In this document: positions 1 through 10,588 of the stretch, one piece after another
Position numbering within the stretch: the stretch's first letter is position 1
How the letters are laid out: every line of letters starts with the position of its first letter
Source of the DNA: Lingula anatina
Taxonomy: Eukaryota; Animalia; Brachiopoda
Assembly (NCBI GenBank): GCA_051362555.1
Contig: CM120646.1
Coordinates: forward strand, 18,476,001-18,540,000
Direction: 5' to 3'
Length of the DNA: 64,000 nt
The notes under the pieces: generated by a model
Databases searched by the model: none
Told to the model about the DNA's origin: nothing
The model's input: the letters and a program-made list of their open reading frames with translations, nothing else
Translations under genes and position numbers: made by a program

Positions 1-341
1 CAATCGTTTTAATATATTAAAATCGGTGTTTGCAAATGTAACCAGGAATAGTCGTTATTTTACTAATGGCACATTATATACACGGAGCTCACGATATCAT
101 GACAACTTCTAAGTAAAATGTTTTGAATGCACATATATTATTCTACCCATATATCATTCGCCCTTTGCAAAAGGGGATAAATTATTGTAATATTATGAAT
201 AAGGTTCCAATTATACAAAACAAAAACAAAATAATTTTTCTTAAGATCATTTACTCAAGTATTGATCACTTAACAGTGGTGCAGGTGATGGCCGGCACAT
301 TTGCCAAACTCAAACAGACAGAAACCACGGTAACATGGTAA

Positions 342-962
342 TTAGCCACTCAAAACCGTGTTGAGGTCCAGCGTACGGGAGCATTTCTCATTGAACACGT
401 TGTACACCTGATTGGTGTATGGTAGCCGGAACACAGCGCAGCAAATGGTCGTGTCATCAGAGAAGACGTGCGTGGAACTGTGACCGGAACCGCATGTTGG
501 TACGGTCTTATAAAAGGCCACGATACGACGCCCAGGGGGAGGCAAGGTCACCTTAGCGTTCTCGCACATGACTTGACCCAGCGGTTTCTGAACTCCTCCC
601 ACCGATATCTTTGTAGCCAGGGACTTGGATGCAAGATTAAACTTTGCCAGGCGTTCGCAATCCACAGGGCATCTTTGTAACACGTGGGCGCACTCGGAGG
701 AAGTACCCGGATGGACATTGGTAGATGAGGATGCGTGGCGCCGCTTTTTAGTGCTGAAGAAATTAGCATACACATCGGTGACTCTTCTAGTCCTGATGCC
801 GTCGTCAATCCATACGTCATTCTTTCCTTGTCCGTAGATAAGGTCGGGAAGCTGGAGAAGCAATGGTCCGGCCGTGGTCTTACTTTTCTCTTCTGCATGA
901 AGACTGCATTGGCACCTATGGGAAACGTGAAATGGGAAGTACCGGAAAGCATAATTTACTTG

Positions 963-998
<36 letters not shown>

Positions 999-3900
999 GC
1001 GTGTTGTTTTATATTAAATGTATTAATGAATAAATAAATTTTAATTTACCTTTCTTTTTGCTTTCCGTTAAACGTGGCTGCAAATAATGAAATATTATGA
1101 TTATTAACTTGTGTTACAGTTAATTCAGTTTAAGTGATTGATTAAAATGCTTAATATTTGGGCTATGCTATGGGTATACTACTAGTGCAAACACAGAAAG
1201 ATATACTATAGGAGATGGGTGACATATGCAGATTTAAAGGATTTAGGGATATTGTATCCTCTGATATCAGGGGTCTCTAAAATAGTAAAAAGAATTCAAG
1301 TTTCCATGCAATAATTTTGAATAGAAGACTAGCGGTTTTCAGAGGGTAGAGATGTCGCATATGGCACTTACAATGCACGCTGCTATTTGTAGAAAAAATC
1401 AACCTTTGAAATAGTTCATATATTTTCAAATCATTGGATATGGGGGCAAACTAGATTCTTTTGCACCCCCCCCCCCACCACCTGCATTTTAGGTCGTTGG
1501 ATTACAATGCTTTTCTAATTTTAAATTAACATTAAATGAAATTACTTTGGGACAATGTTTGTGCTTTCAAACATATTAAGCTTTAAGAGTTAAGCTTTAT
1601 ACGAACTACAATGTAATTTTTCGGTGTTTTTTTTCAATAAATTTCAGGCCCATTAAATTAATATGGAAACTTATTTATTTCTGAACAAGGTTTATTCAAG
1701 AAAAAGAAAAGGAATATGCCCCCCATAAGAGAAAAAAAAAATATATATATATAGGCCTATATATATATATATATGTCAGTATAATATGAAGCTATCGCAA
1801 GGGTGAACGTTGTCCAATAAGCTTGAAACTTCATTGTAAAAAAATTCAAAGAATTCTTTAGTATATTTCCAACTCAATATATTTGAATAATGCGCAGAGA
1901 CATTGCTTAAGCCACCACATTATACTGAAATCGAGAAACACGAAGATCTGCACTACGTAGGCCTACCTGTAGGTGCGTGTGTGTGTGTGTGTGGGGGGGG
2001 GGGGGGGTAAGGGCAGAAAGCACTAAACGAATGTAGTTCACTGAGAGAAAATTAGTGTTTTTTTTCTTTTTTTCTGGCATTTCTTGTGTGTTGCTGGGGT
2101 TAATTGTGGTGTCAACTAGCAGGCTAGGGTGTAAACCACTGCCAGTTTTCAGGACCAGGCACAGGTGACGTGCAGTCGTGAGACCTTTGGTGGAGGGGGC
2201 AGTGGTTTGTTTACAAACAGAGGGGTGCACATGTTCAAGTAATGCCGGTAAGAAATTTTGTCTGATGGCAGTATATTTTTGTGCCAATGGGAGTTATGTC
2301 AGTGTGTCTGCTATCCATGGGGATGGGGAATGTTTCACCCACTAGTTTTGCAGGCATTTCTTATTAATAGTATGGTCGTCAGTGGGAAATTATTTGGTTT
2401 CTGCCCGTAGGGGCCTAACACCACGCTCGGCTGTCACCTTGATTGGATAGTAAACGATTGTCGTAAAATCGCTAAATGATATTAAAACCGGGTGCATAAA
2501 CTTGAAAACCACCTACAACAACCTTGGACTGCCACATTAATCCAATACAATGCAAACATAAACTATAACAAGTAGTTAAAGCCTTCAAACCGAATGTCGT
2601 AAAGTCCCCATATACCTCCATAGAGACAATAAAATAGAATGAGCTTCTGAAACAAACCTGATCCAGTTCCAACAGAATAATCGAAATAAAATACTGCCGG
2701 GCATCGGAGCGGCCTAAAACTTGGTAAGCTTACCGCTAATACTGCAGGCTACATCATCCCGTCACTCGTTTGTAAATTCCGTGCATGGCATACGCACAAT
2801 CAAACCGTAAAAAACAAATTCTCGGGGTGTCGTTGGCTAGGTCCACTCAACAATCCAATTCAGGAAATGACGTAACCGCAGAGGTCGCATTGTCCAATGG
2901 CATGGCTTCTTTTTCGTAATGGTAGGTTAGAGTGGACCTGGCCAACGACACCCCGAGAATTTGTTTTTTTACGGTTTGATTGTGCGTATGCCATGCACGG
3001 AATTTACAAACGAGCGACGGGATGATGTAGCCTGCAGTATTAGCGGTAAGCGTGCCAAGTTTTAGGCCGCTCCGATGCCCGGCAGTATTTTATTTCGATT
3101 ATTCTGTTGGAACTGGATCAGGTTTGTTTCAGAAGCTCATTCTATTTTATTGTCTCTATGGAGGTATATGGGGACTTTACGACATTCGGTTTGAAGGCTT
3201 TAACTGTTATGTCTTGTGCTTGTTTGCACTCTGCGTGGGTTATAGATTAGTGACTATCATTACTATCTTTCACTCAACAAGACCATGTGGCTGCCATTAT
3301 ATACTTTATTTCCTGAAGAGCTCCTGCCGCTAGTGTCGCCACTAGTCAAGACATTACACCCTCTTTTCTTTCCAAACAAACAAAAAATAATAATAATAAT
3401 AATAATTTAACTTACACAACGTAATTAAACAATGACATATTATTTAATACACTTTAACTTTACTCGTATCTCACAACTTTAACTTGTAAAGCAGCTTTTC
3501 TTATTCACTTAAATCTATTACTTTAACTTGTAAAGTAGTTTTCTTTCTCACTTATCTCAGTCTTTACTGTAAGTCTTATACAGTTTCACCTATTTTCTCT
3601 AACCCTATACAGCAACTTTTTTTTTTTTTTTTTTTTTTTTTTCATTTCACCTTAAGTCTGATATTACATCTTGGTGTTCATTCTTTATGAAATTCAATAA
3701 AACACTTTAAACTAAATTATTGTTGCTACTACATGTACAATCAACTTGTTTGACACATGTTAAGAAACTTACAGTAGTTTTGTATTTAACTTAACTAAAC
3801 ATTAACAAACTTTTAACTAATACTGCCTTATAACACTAGATACCTTTTAAACTTTATTTACATTATTTAAACCCTAAACTTTAACTTGTAAAGTTTTAAT

Positions 3901-6900
3901 ATTCTTCTGTAATCAAAATTAACATCAAACCTATTACTAGTAGTTACTATATATTACGACTACTAGAATAAATTTGATCATAATGCTTTACAAAAAAATC
4001 ATACAAGTAAGTAAAGCTTAACTTGCTCATACAGTAAAACACAATAGCACTATTCTATAGCACTACTTAAACCATATATTCACTTAACAAAATCTGCTAA
4101 CTTGTTAGGTGCTTTCGAAATTCTACCTGACCGTGTGATAACTGATGGTTTCTGTGCAGGGACTAATTGCACAGGTTGATTTACAGGTTTTGGGACAGGG
4201 GTCAGAGGTTTAATGGTAAATTTTTCTCCATTCTGTGCTATTCTCTGACTGCTCTGTACTCCTTTTGTTCGTCTTTCTGTTGTGCCTGTAATGTCATCAT
4301 GATCATCACGAATAGGATGTCTGTAAATGTCAATTTCTTTAGTTTTCAACAGGTCTTTTCTGTTTCTTCTTGTAATTCTGCCACTAGGCATTTGTATGTT
4401 ATATGACCTTGGGTTTTTCTGATGTTGGGGTAATAATAAAGCTGGTTGCCACTTCCCATTCTTTCTAACTCTTACAGTGGAATCTCTCTGTATGGGTTTT
4501 AACTCTTTTGCATTCCTATCATAATACTTTCTATTTCTAACATGCCTATCTTCATGTAATTGCTTTTGTACTTTTTCTTGTTGTTTTACCTGTGGTTTTA
4601 ACTTTTCAACTGATGTTGGTATAATTGTCCTTGTTCTTCTGCTAAACAACCTCTGAACAGGTGAGCCTGTGTTCTCATCTCTGGGGGTATTTCTGATGTT
4701 AAGTAAAGCTAAATATGGATCACTTTTAGTCTCATTGCATTTAATTAACATCTTCTTCGCAATCCCTACATATTTTTCTACCATCCCATTTGCCTGCGGA
4801 TGTTCTGGTGATGAAGTCTTGTGTACAAAATTGTAAGATTCTGCAAAATGTTTCCATTCACTGCTGTTAAATGGAGGACCGTTATCACTTGTTACCTGCT
4901 CTGGAATCCCATGTACACTAAACCATTTCTTTGTCTGTTTTACTACAACTTCTGCGTGTGTACCATTTTCCATCTTTTCTATTTCAAAGTAATCTGAATA
5001 ATAATCAACCATAATATACCAATCACTTCCTAAACACTTAAAGAAATCTACTGCAACATGTTCCATTGCTCTACTTGGAATAGGAGTGGGAATTAATGGT
5101 TCTTTCTGTTGTTTGCGTCTATTTTCTTGACATGCACAACACTTTGATACTGTGTCTTCTATTTGCTTGTTAATTCCAGGCCAATAAAGTAAATCTCTTG
5201 CTAGCTGCTTAGATTTCACCATTCCTTGATGTGCCTGATGTATCATCTTTAGTGCGTCCTTTCTCATCAATGTAGGTACAACTACTCTCAGGCCCTTGTA
5301 TAATATTCCATCAATCACATTGAGTTCTTCCTGTGAGTCAAAATAAGGTTGTACTACACTGGGAACTTGAGCTTTTTTCTCTGGCCATCCTTCTGGACTT
5401 GTGACTAATTTTATCACTTCTTGTAATGTTTCATCTTTCAAAGTTTCCTCTTTTATCTGTCTCACTCTGGGTGGACTTAACTGAGCCACACTGGGCATTT
5501 CCTCTTGGAAAACTTCAAATATGTGTACTGTAGCTTCATTATTTCTGATGAATGCTCTGCTCAATGCATCTGCTACTGGAATCTCACTGCTCTTCTTGTA
5601 TACAAGCTTAAAATCATACCCTTGAATCCTCATTCTCATTTTCTGTAGTCTCAATGGAACTTGATGTAAGGGTTTCTCTAAGATTCTTATCAGCGGCTGA
5701 TGATCTGTCTCTACTGTAATGTCACTCCGACCATAGATATACGTATGGAATTTCTTTAATGCAAACACAATCGCCAATAGTTCTTTTTCGATCTGGGCAT
5801 ACGCGCATTCAGGTTCTGTCAACGCTCTCGATGCATAGTGTACTGGCTGACCTCCTTGGAAAATCACGCCTCCTAGTCCTGACTGTGATGCATCACACGA
5901 TATTACGACAGGTTCATCCCTACTGTAATATCTCAGTATCGGCGCTCTTGTTATTTCTTCTTTCACCTTCTCAAATGCTTCTCTGTGTATACTATCAAAA
6001 TGGAACTTGAATCCCTTTTGATTTGCTTGTTTTATGATGGCTCTCAGTGGTTCTGTTAAGCTTGATAAATTTTTAACATGCTTGCATACATAATTCACCA
6101 TCCCGAGGAATGTACGCACATTTTCAACCGACGCTGGCTCTGGCATGCCTAAGATAGCTCTAATCCTGTCTGGATCTATCTCTTGTCCATCCTTGGTAAA
6201 TTTCTGCCCGCTGTACTTGACTTCTTCTTTACACAACTGTACTTTCTTAATGTTGAATGTAATGTGATTTTCTTTTGCCCTCTGCAGCACTTGTTTCAAT
6301 GTTTTATTGTGTTCTTCTAATGTACTGCCTATGATCAGGAAATCGTCCATAATCATTTCAAGACCTTCTATGTCTCCAAAAATATCTCCAAATGCTCTCA
6401 TAAACAACTCTGGTGCTGACGTAATTCCCATAGGTAGTCTCTTGTATCTATATCTGCCAAATGGTGTAACAAATGCCGTGTAGTTCTTGGATTTATCATC
6501 TAATTCTAGTTGAAAATATCCCTGATTGGCATCTAAAACTGTCATGTACTTAACTCCTTTCATTCTCTGTGCCACTGACTCAACTGTATTGGTAGGGTAA
6601 TATTCACGTTGCAATGCTTTGTTGAGGTCTCGTGGATCAATCGTTATTCTCACGTCATCTGAATCTTTCTTGGGTATCACATGTAAAGCACTGCACCAGG
6701 GAGTAGGAGTTCCTGCTGGTACCTTTTCTATAATGTCTAAGTCTTCCAGCTCACTCAGTTTGGCTATGACCTTGTCTCTAAGGGCTGCTGGAACAGGTCT
6801 TGGGGGTTGGGCAATAGGGGTACCATCAGGGTTAACCTTCAGTGTCACCAAGCCAGGTACCTTACCTATGCCTGAAAATACACTTTCTGAGTACTCTTTA

Positions 6901-9900
6901 ATAATCTCTTTTACACTTTCATGTTGACACTTTTCAACATTATCTGGCACTTTACTAGCTATCTTGACCCTTTTTACTAGATTCATTTTGTCACAATCTG
7001 CTAAACACAGCAAATTAGGTACTCCTTTCAACACTTGACACTCTATTGTGTAATCTTTGCCATCAGTAACACAATCTAACAAAACCTTTCCTACTGGCTT
7101 TAATGGGTTTCTGCCTAAACCATAGATCAACATATCACTTTTCAACAGTGCTACATTTCTTAAAGTGTTAAATGTTTCTTCTGACATTACTGATGTTTCA
7201 GCTCCCGTGTCTAATTTGAAATCAATTAAACCATGACCCTTCACATAAATTTCTTTTGTCCAACTTTTCTGCGCACTCACACCATTTACTCTGTTTGTCC
7301 AAACATGGACATTTTCCATATCATCTACAATACTATCAGACTCATAATATACATTTGACTTGTAACTGTTATAGTTTCTTTCTTTAGTCAAGCAACATTT
7401 TGCAAAGTGGTTCTGCTTTCCACATTTTAAACAAGTTTTACCCATAGCTGGACAAATAGTGTCACGGAAATGTATTCCTGCGCAGCGTGTGCATCGTGTC
7501 CTTGGACATGGGTTAAATCTTCCTCGTTGGGGTTGTCCTCTGGGTCGCTGTGGTTGCTGTGATGGACCTCTATATTGCCTGGTTTCTCTGCGGAACTGGG
7601 GTTTCCTACCACTGGCACCCTTGACTACATGGACTGTTGTACTGGTCTCTCTTTGTTCTAATATAGTTTTGGATTCTATCTTTTGTTCGTGGAGATGTCC
7701 TTTTGTCATTATTTGCTCTAATGTTAAATCTTCATTCCACAATTTATCTCTTAATTCTTTAGATTTCACTCCCACAGATATCTGCTTGCACAACTGGTTT
7801 TCTATTGTTTCTCCATATTCACAGTACTTAGCAATTTCTCTCAGTCTTGATACGTAATCTGACAGACTCTCTCCTTCATTCTGATAGCATGTGTCAAATT
7901 TTTTCATATATAACTTTACCAGTTTTTGCGGTTCAAAATGCTTGTCAAACTTTTCTAATACGATTTGAAAGTCGTCTTTATCTTCTTCATTGTCGAAGGT
8001 AAATGTCTCAAACACCTTTTTGTGTTTGTTATCTAGGCCGTATATTAAAATTGCTACCTTTCGTTTGTCCTCTGCGTCTTCCAACCCAGCAGCAAGGAGA
8101 TAAATTTTCAGTTCCTCCTTATATTCTTTCCACGCGACATTTTGCGCGGCGGCATCACGTGCCCTGAACTTTGGAGGTGAAAATCCAGTCGCCATCATGT
8201 CTCTATTACTGCAGCTTTTACTTTTGTCTTGAGACCGCTTCTGACACCATGTTATGTCTTGTGCTTGTTTGCACTCTGCGTGGGTTATAGATTAGTGACT
8301 ATCATTACTATCTTTCACTCAACAAGACCATGTGGCTGCCATTATATACTTTATTTCCTGAAGAGCTCCTGCCGCTAGTGTCGCCACTAGTCAAGACATT
8401 ACATTAACCACTTGTTATAGTTTATGTTTGCATTGTATTGGATTAATGTGGTAGTCCAAGGTTGTTGTAGGTGGTTTTCAAGTTTATGCACCCGGTTTTA
8501 ATATCATTTAGCGATTTTACGACAATCGTTTACTATCCAATCAAGGTGACAGCCGAGCGTGCCTAACACCTACCGCAAAGTATCCAAAATTAAACACGAA
8601 TATTCATTTCAACCTCACAAAAATATACCCACTCAGCATAGTAAGAACTTAACGATATGCATAAAGGTTGAAGATAAATTGAGAACATATGATACCTCCG
8701 TAACATTCCATTGGCTTCACCGTTAAGTATACCTCTTCATGACTGTGATCTACGTCATGAACTGGTACCCGCTTCACCGGTAGATAGCGCTTATCGTCAA
8801 GATATCCCGCGTCCATTCTCCACACTTTTTTATTTATGAAGCAGTTACACCGTCCACCACAGCAATGGAATAAATAATAAGTCTTTAAGCATAAGCAAGT
8901 TTAATGGAGTGAATAATTTTAAAATGTTCATGTATTGAGAGAGAGAGATACTGTATTTGCTCATTTTGAACGTGTAGGCCTACATTTTGTACTTTTGAAT
9001 CCTGTGTCATCTGAAGGTGAAAAGATATTAAAGCACATTTTATGGACAGTCCTAAATTATCTGAAAGTATAAAGTGCGTATGTTATAGGCCTACTCTATT
9101 ATAACTCAGTTTCAAATCAAAATAACCAGCTGTCCTTTGGAAAAAACAGTCTGTCCTGAAACCGACGGTGATAAAGATTTTAAGGTCCATGGAAGGCGTG
9201 TGGAAAAGTCACTCATTTACATATCGTGTTATTATAATCAGTCAGTATATTATCATTCATTTTGCTTCAGTCTTGCATGAATATTTATCATACATTTAGG
9301 TAGGCCTATGCCTGAGACAAATGCATGTCTAGAATATGTTAAGTAGAAACCCTCATCAATTAGGCCCTAACTATTGCTGCCACTGTGGCAGGCATATAGA
9401 TCCCCTGTAGATAACATGTGTATAAAGTCTGCATTTTGCACATAACAAACACACTTTAGATTTGGAACTGAAGATGTGAGGTTGTGGTTATATTCCCTCT
9501 CCCATGCCTCAGTGGCGAGCAATATTTTACAAAGAACCTGGGTAGGGAGTGACATGAGAGAGATCTTTTACTGGTATTTGAAACTCCCTTAAAACTTGGA
9601 ATTGCATTAAAATAATGTACTGATAAAGCGTAATCAAATTTGCATGGTAAAGTGTCAGTAAAAAGTTCCTTACCTACCAAGATCGCAACGGCCTTGTACC
9701 GCGCAGGCGCATTTGCCGCTGTTTGTGGGGGCACCTCCCCAGTTTCTCATACCTATACCTTGTCGAGACACCCACCACGTACCAGAGCCAAAGTTTGCGG
9801 CTTCATACGCTATGAGTTGAACGAACTGTCGACATTTGCTGGATATTTTTGTGAGACTATCAAGTTGCGCTGTGGTAGGTTTATAAGTAAAGCTAACTTG

Positions 9901-10588
9901 TCGAGTAAAGGAGCCTGGTCCTTTATAACGCATTGGTTCTGGTGTTATACCACCTTGGTGAGTCACTAAGGTGACACCGTGGCCAGGTAAGTCGTCTCTA
10001 GTCGTACAGGTGACCTGGAAAGGGTCTACTCCCCCTGCACCGTCAGGGTCTATGGTGTATTCACCTTGCATAAACTTTGCCCCCGCAAAGTGCATCAAGA
10101 CTTCCTCGCATGATTTTGGGACTAAAGAAGAAATATATAAATATAATAATAATAGTAGTAAAATAAGAATGAATCACTAAGGATCAAGTTGAATTAAAAA
10201 AAATTGAATTTACACCGATATAGTTATAATGAATTTTCAAAAAGTCAGAAAAACAAAATATGTCACCGCCCCTGTACTATGAATAAAAACTTCACTAAGA
10301 TGAAGCGAAAAGCTACTAGCAGTCTCAGGAAGGCAGAGTTGAAACGAAACCAAAGCAGGTATTGATAGACCATTATCAAACATTTCGTATGCTTTAAGTG
10401 AATCGGAATCAACAACTATCTAAATCATTATCCATTGCTGTATTAGCATCGTGCAATTGGTTATTTTAATAATTATAAATAGTTAAAACTATGAAAATAA
10501 ACATTTAAAATGTATACATACGTCTCACAGCAGTCACTTGCATCGCAAGAGGAAGAAAAATCGCGAGCAAAATATTCAGAATGGCCAT
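342..10588 (-). CDS. Secreted Caspr/neurexin-IV-type fibrinogen-like domain protein with unknown Cys-rich C-terminal domain, paralogue 1 (~425 aa; possibly impaired)
   Basis: Hand-built exons: 10588-10522 (signal peptide MAILNILLAIFLPLAMQVTAVR), 10121-9674 (PKSCEE..GEYTIDPDGAGGVDPFQVTC..WWVSRQG..NWGGAPTNSGKCACAVQGRC), 8856-8696 (CNC..W..DAGYLDDKRYLPV..MECYG), 1077-1050 (28-nt micro-exon), 915-342 (CQCSLHAEE..PLLLQLPDLIYGQG..stop). Phases 1/2/1/2 are consistent and the structure matches paralogue 2. The exon-3 acceptor reads GG instead of AG. Confidence 0.75.
966..993. repeat. (CT)n microsatellite
   Basis: Direct reading; similar tracts at ~13731-13760 and ~25784-25816. Confidence 0.9.
3205..3358 (-). 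repeat. 3' LTR
   Basis: 154 bp, identical to 8250-8403; ends form an inverted repeat (TGTTATGTCTTG...CAAGACATTACA); contains minus-strand AATAAA. Confidence 0.97.
4080..8198 (-). CDS. Gag-Pol polyprotein (1372 aa)
   Basis: Uninterrupted ORF: Gag with zinc knuckles (CTRCAGIH..C, CLKCGKQNHFAKCC), protease FKLDTGA, RT (IDPRDLN, LDANQGYFQ, RLPMG, IMDD), RNase H (CDASQSGLG, ETDHQPL), integrase (HQAHQG..CCAC, SDNGP, NGMVEK). PR-RT-RH-IN order is Ty3/Gypsy. Confidence 0.97.
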   Translation of the reverse strand: MMATGFSPPKFRARDAAAQNVAWKEYKEELKIYLLAAGLEDAEDKRKVAILIYGLDNKHKKVFETFTFDNEEDKDDFQIVLEKFDKHFEPQKLVKLYMKKFDTCYQNEGESLSDYVSRLREIAKYCEYGETIENQLCKQISVGVKSKELRDKLWNEDLTLEQIMTKGHLHEQKIESKTILEQRETSTTVHVVKGASGRKPQFRRETRQYRGPSQQPQRPRGQPQRGRFNPCPRTRCTRCAGIHFRDTICPAMGKTCLKCGKQNHFAKCCLTKERNYNSYKSNVYYESDSIVDDMENVHVWTNRVNGVSAQKSWTKEIYVKGHGLIDFKLDTGAETSVMSEETFNTLRNVALLKSDMLIYGLGRNPLKPVGKVLLDCVTDGKDYTIECQVLKGVPNLLCLADCDKMNLVKRVKIASKVPDNVEKCQHESVKEIIKEYSESVFSGIGKVPGLVTLKVNPDGTPIAQPPRPVPAALRDKVIAKLSELEDLDIIEKVPAGTPTPWCSALHVIPKKDSDDVRITIDPRDLNKALQREYYPTNTVESVAQRMKGVKYMTVLDANQGYFQLELDDKSKNYTAFVTPFGRYRYKRLPMGITSAPELFMRAFGDIFGDIEGLEMIMDDFLIIGSTLEEHNKTLKQVLQRAKENHITFNIKKVQLCKEEVKYSGQKFTKDGQEIDPDRIRAILGMPEPASVENVRTFLGMVNYVCKHVKNLSSLTEPLRAIIKQANQKGFKFHFDSIHREAFEKVKEEITRAPILRYYSRDEPVVISCDASQSGLGGVIFQGGQPVHYASRALTEPECAYAQIEKELLAIVFALKKFHTYIYGRSDITVETDHQPLIRILEKPLHQVPLRLQKMRMRIQGYDFKLVYKKSSEIPVADALSRAFIRNNEATVHIFEVFQEEMPSVAQLSPPRVRQIKEETLKDETLQEVIKLVTSPEGWPEKKAQVPSVVQPYFDSQEELNVIDGILYKGLRVVVPTLMRKDALKMIHQAHQGMVKSKQLARDLLYWPGINKQIEDTVSKCCACQENRRKQQKEPLIPTPIPSRAMEHVAVDFFKCLGSDWYIMVDYYSDYFEIEKMENGTHAEVVVKQTKKWFSVHGIPEQVTSDNGPPFNSSEWKHFAESYNFVHKTSSPEHPQANGMVEKYVGIAKKMLIKCNETKSDPYLALLNIRNTPRDENTGSPVQRLFSRRTRTIIPTSVEKLKPQVKQQEKVQKQLHEDRHVRNRKYYDRNAKELKPIQRDSTVRVRKNGKWQPALLLPQHQKNPRSYNIQMPSGRITRRNRKDLLKTKEIDIYRHPIRDDHDDITGTTERRTKGVQSSQRIAQNGEKFTIKPLTPVPKPVNQPVQLVPAQKPSVITRSGRISKAPNKLADFVK
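8250..8403 (-). repeat. 5' LTR
   Basis: Identical to 3205-3358; followed on the minus strand by the PBS (8238-8249). Confidence 0.97.

Larger units (their letters stand above)
3205..8403 (-). mobile_element. Full-length Ty3/Gypsy LTR retrotransposon (Mag-like)
   Basis: Two 154-bp LTRs (3205-3358, 8250-8403), TG...CA ends, identical by eye. 5-bp TSD TTAAC (3200-3204, 8404-8408). PBS TGGTGTCAGAAG on the minus strand immediately after the 5' LTR (tRNA-Leu type). PPT AAAGAAAAGAGGG before the 3' LTR. Single gag-pol ORF. Confidence 0.97.
2422..8561. mobile_element. Non-autonomous long-TIR (foldback/MITE-like) DNA element, ~0.94 kb, split by the Gypsy insertion
   Basis: Left arm 2422-2848 (CACGCTCGGCTGTCACC...) is the near-perfect reverse complement of 2930-3204 + 8409-8561 (...GGTGACAGCCGAGCGTG), with an ~80-bp spacer. 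Flanked by direct repeat CCTAACAC (2414-2421 and 8562-8569; GCCTAACACC if each terminus is trimmed by one base). No transposase. Confidence 0.9.
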
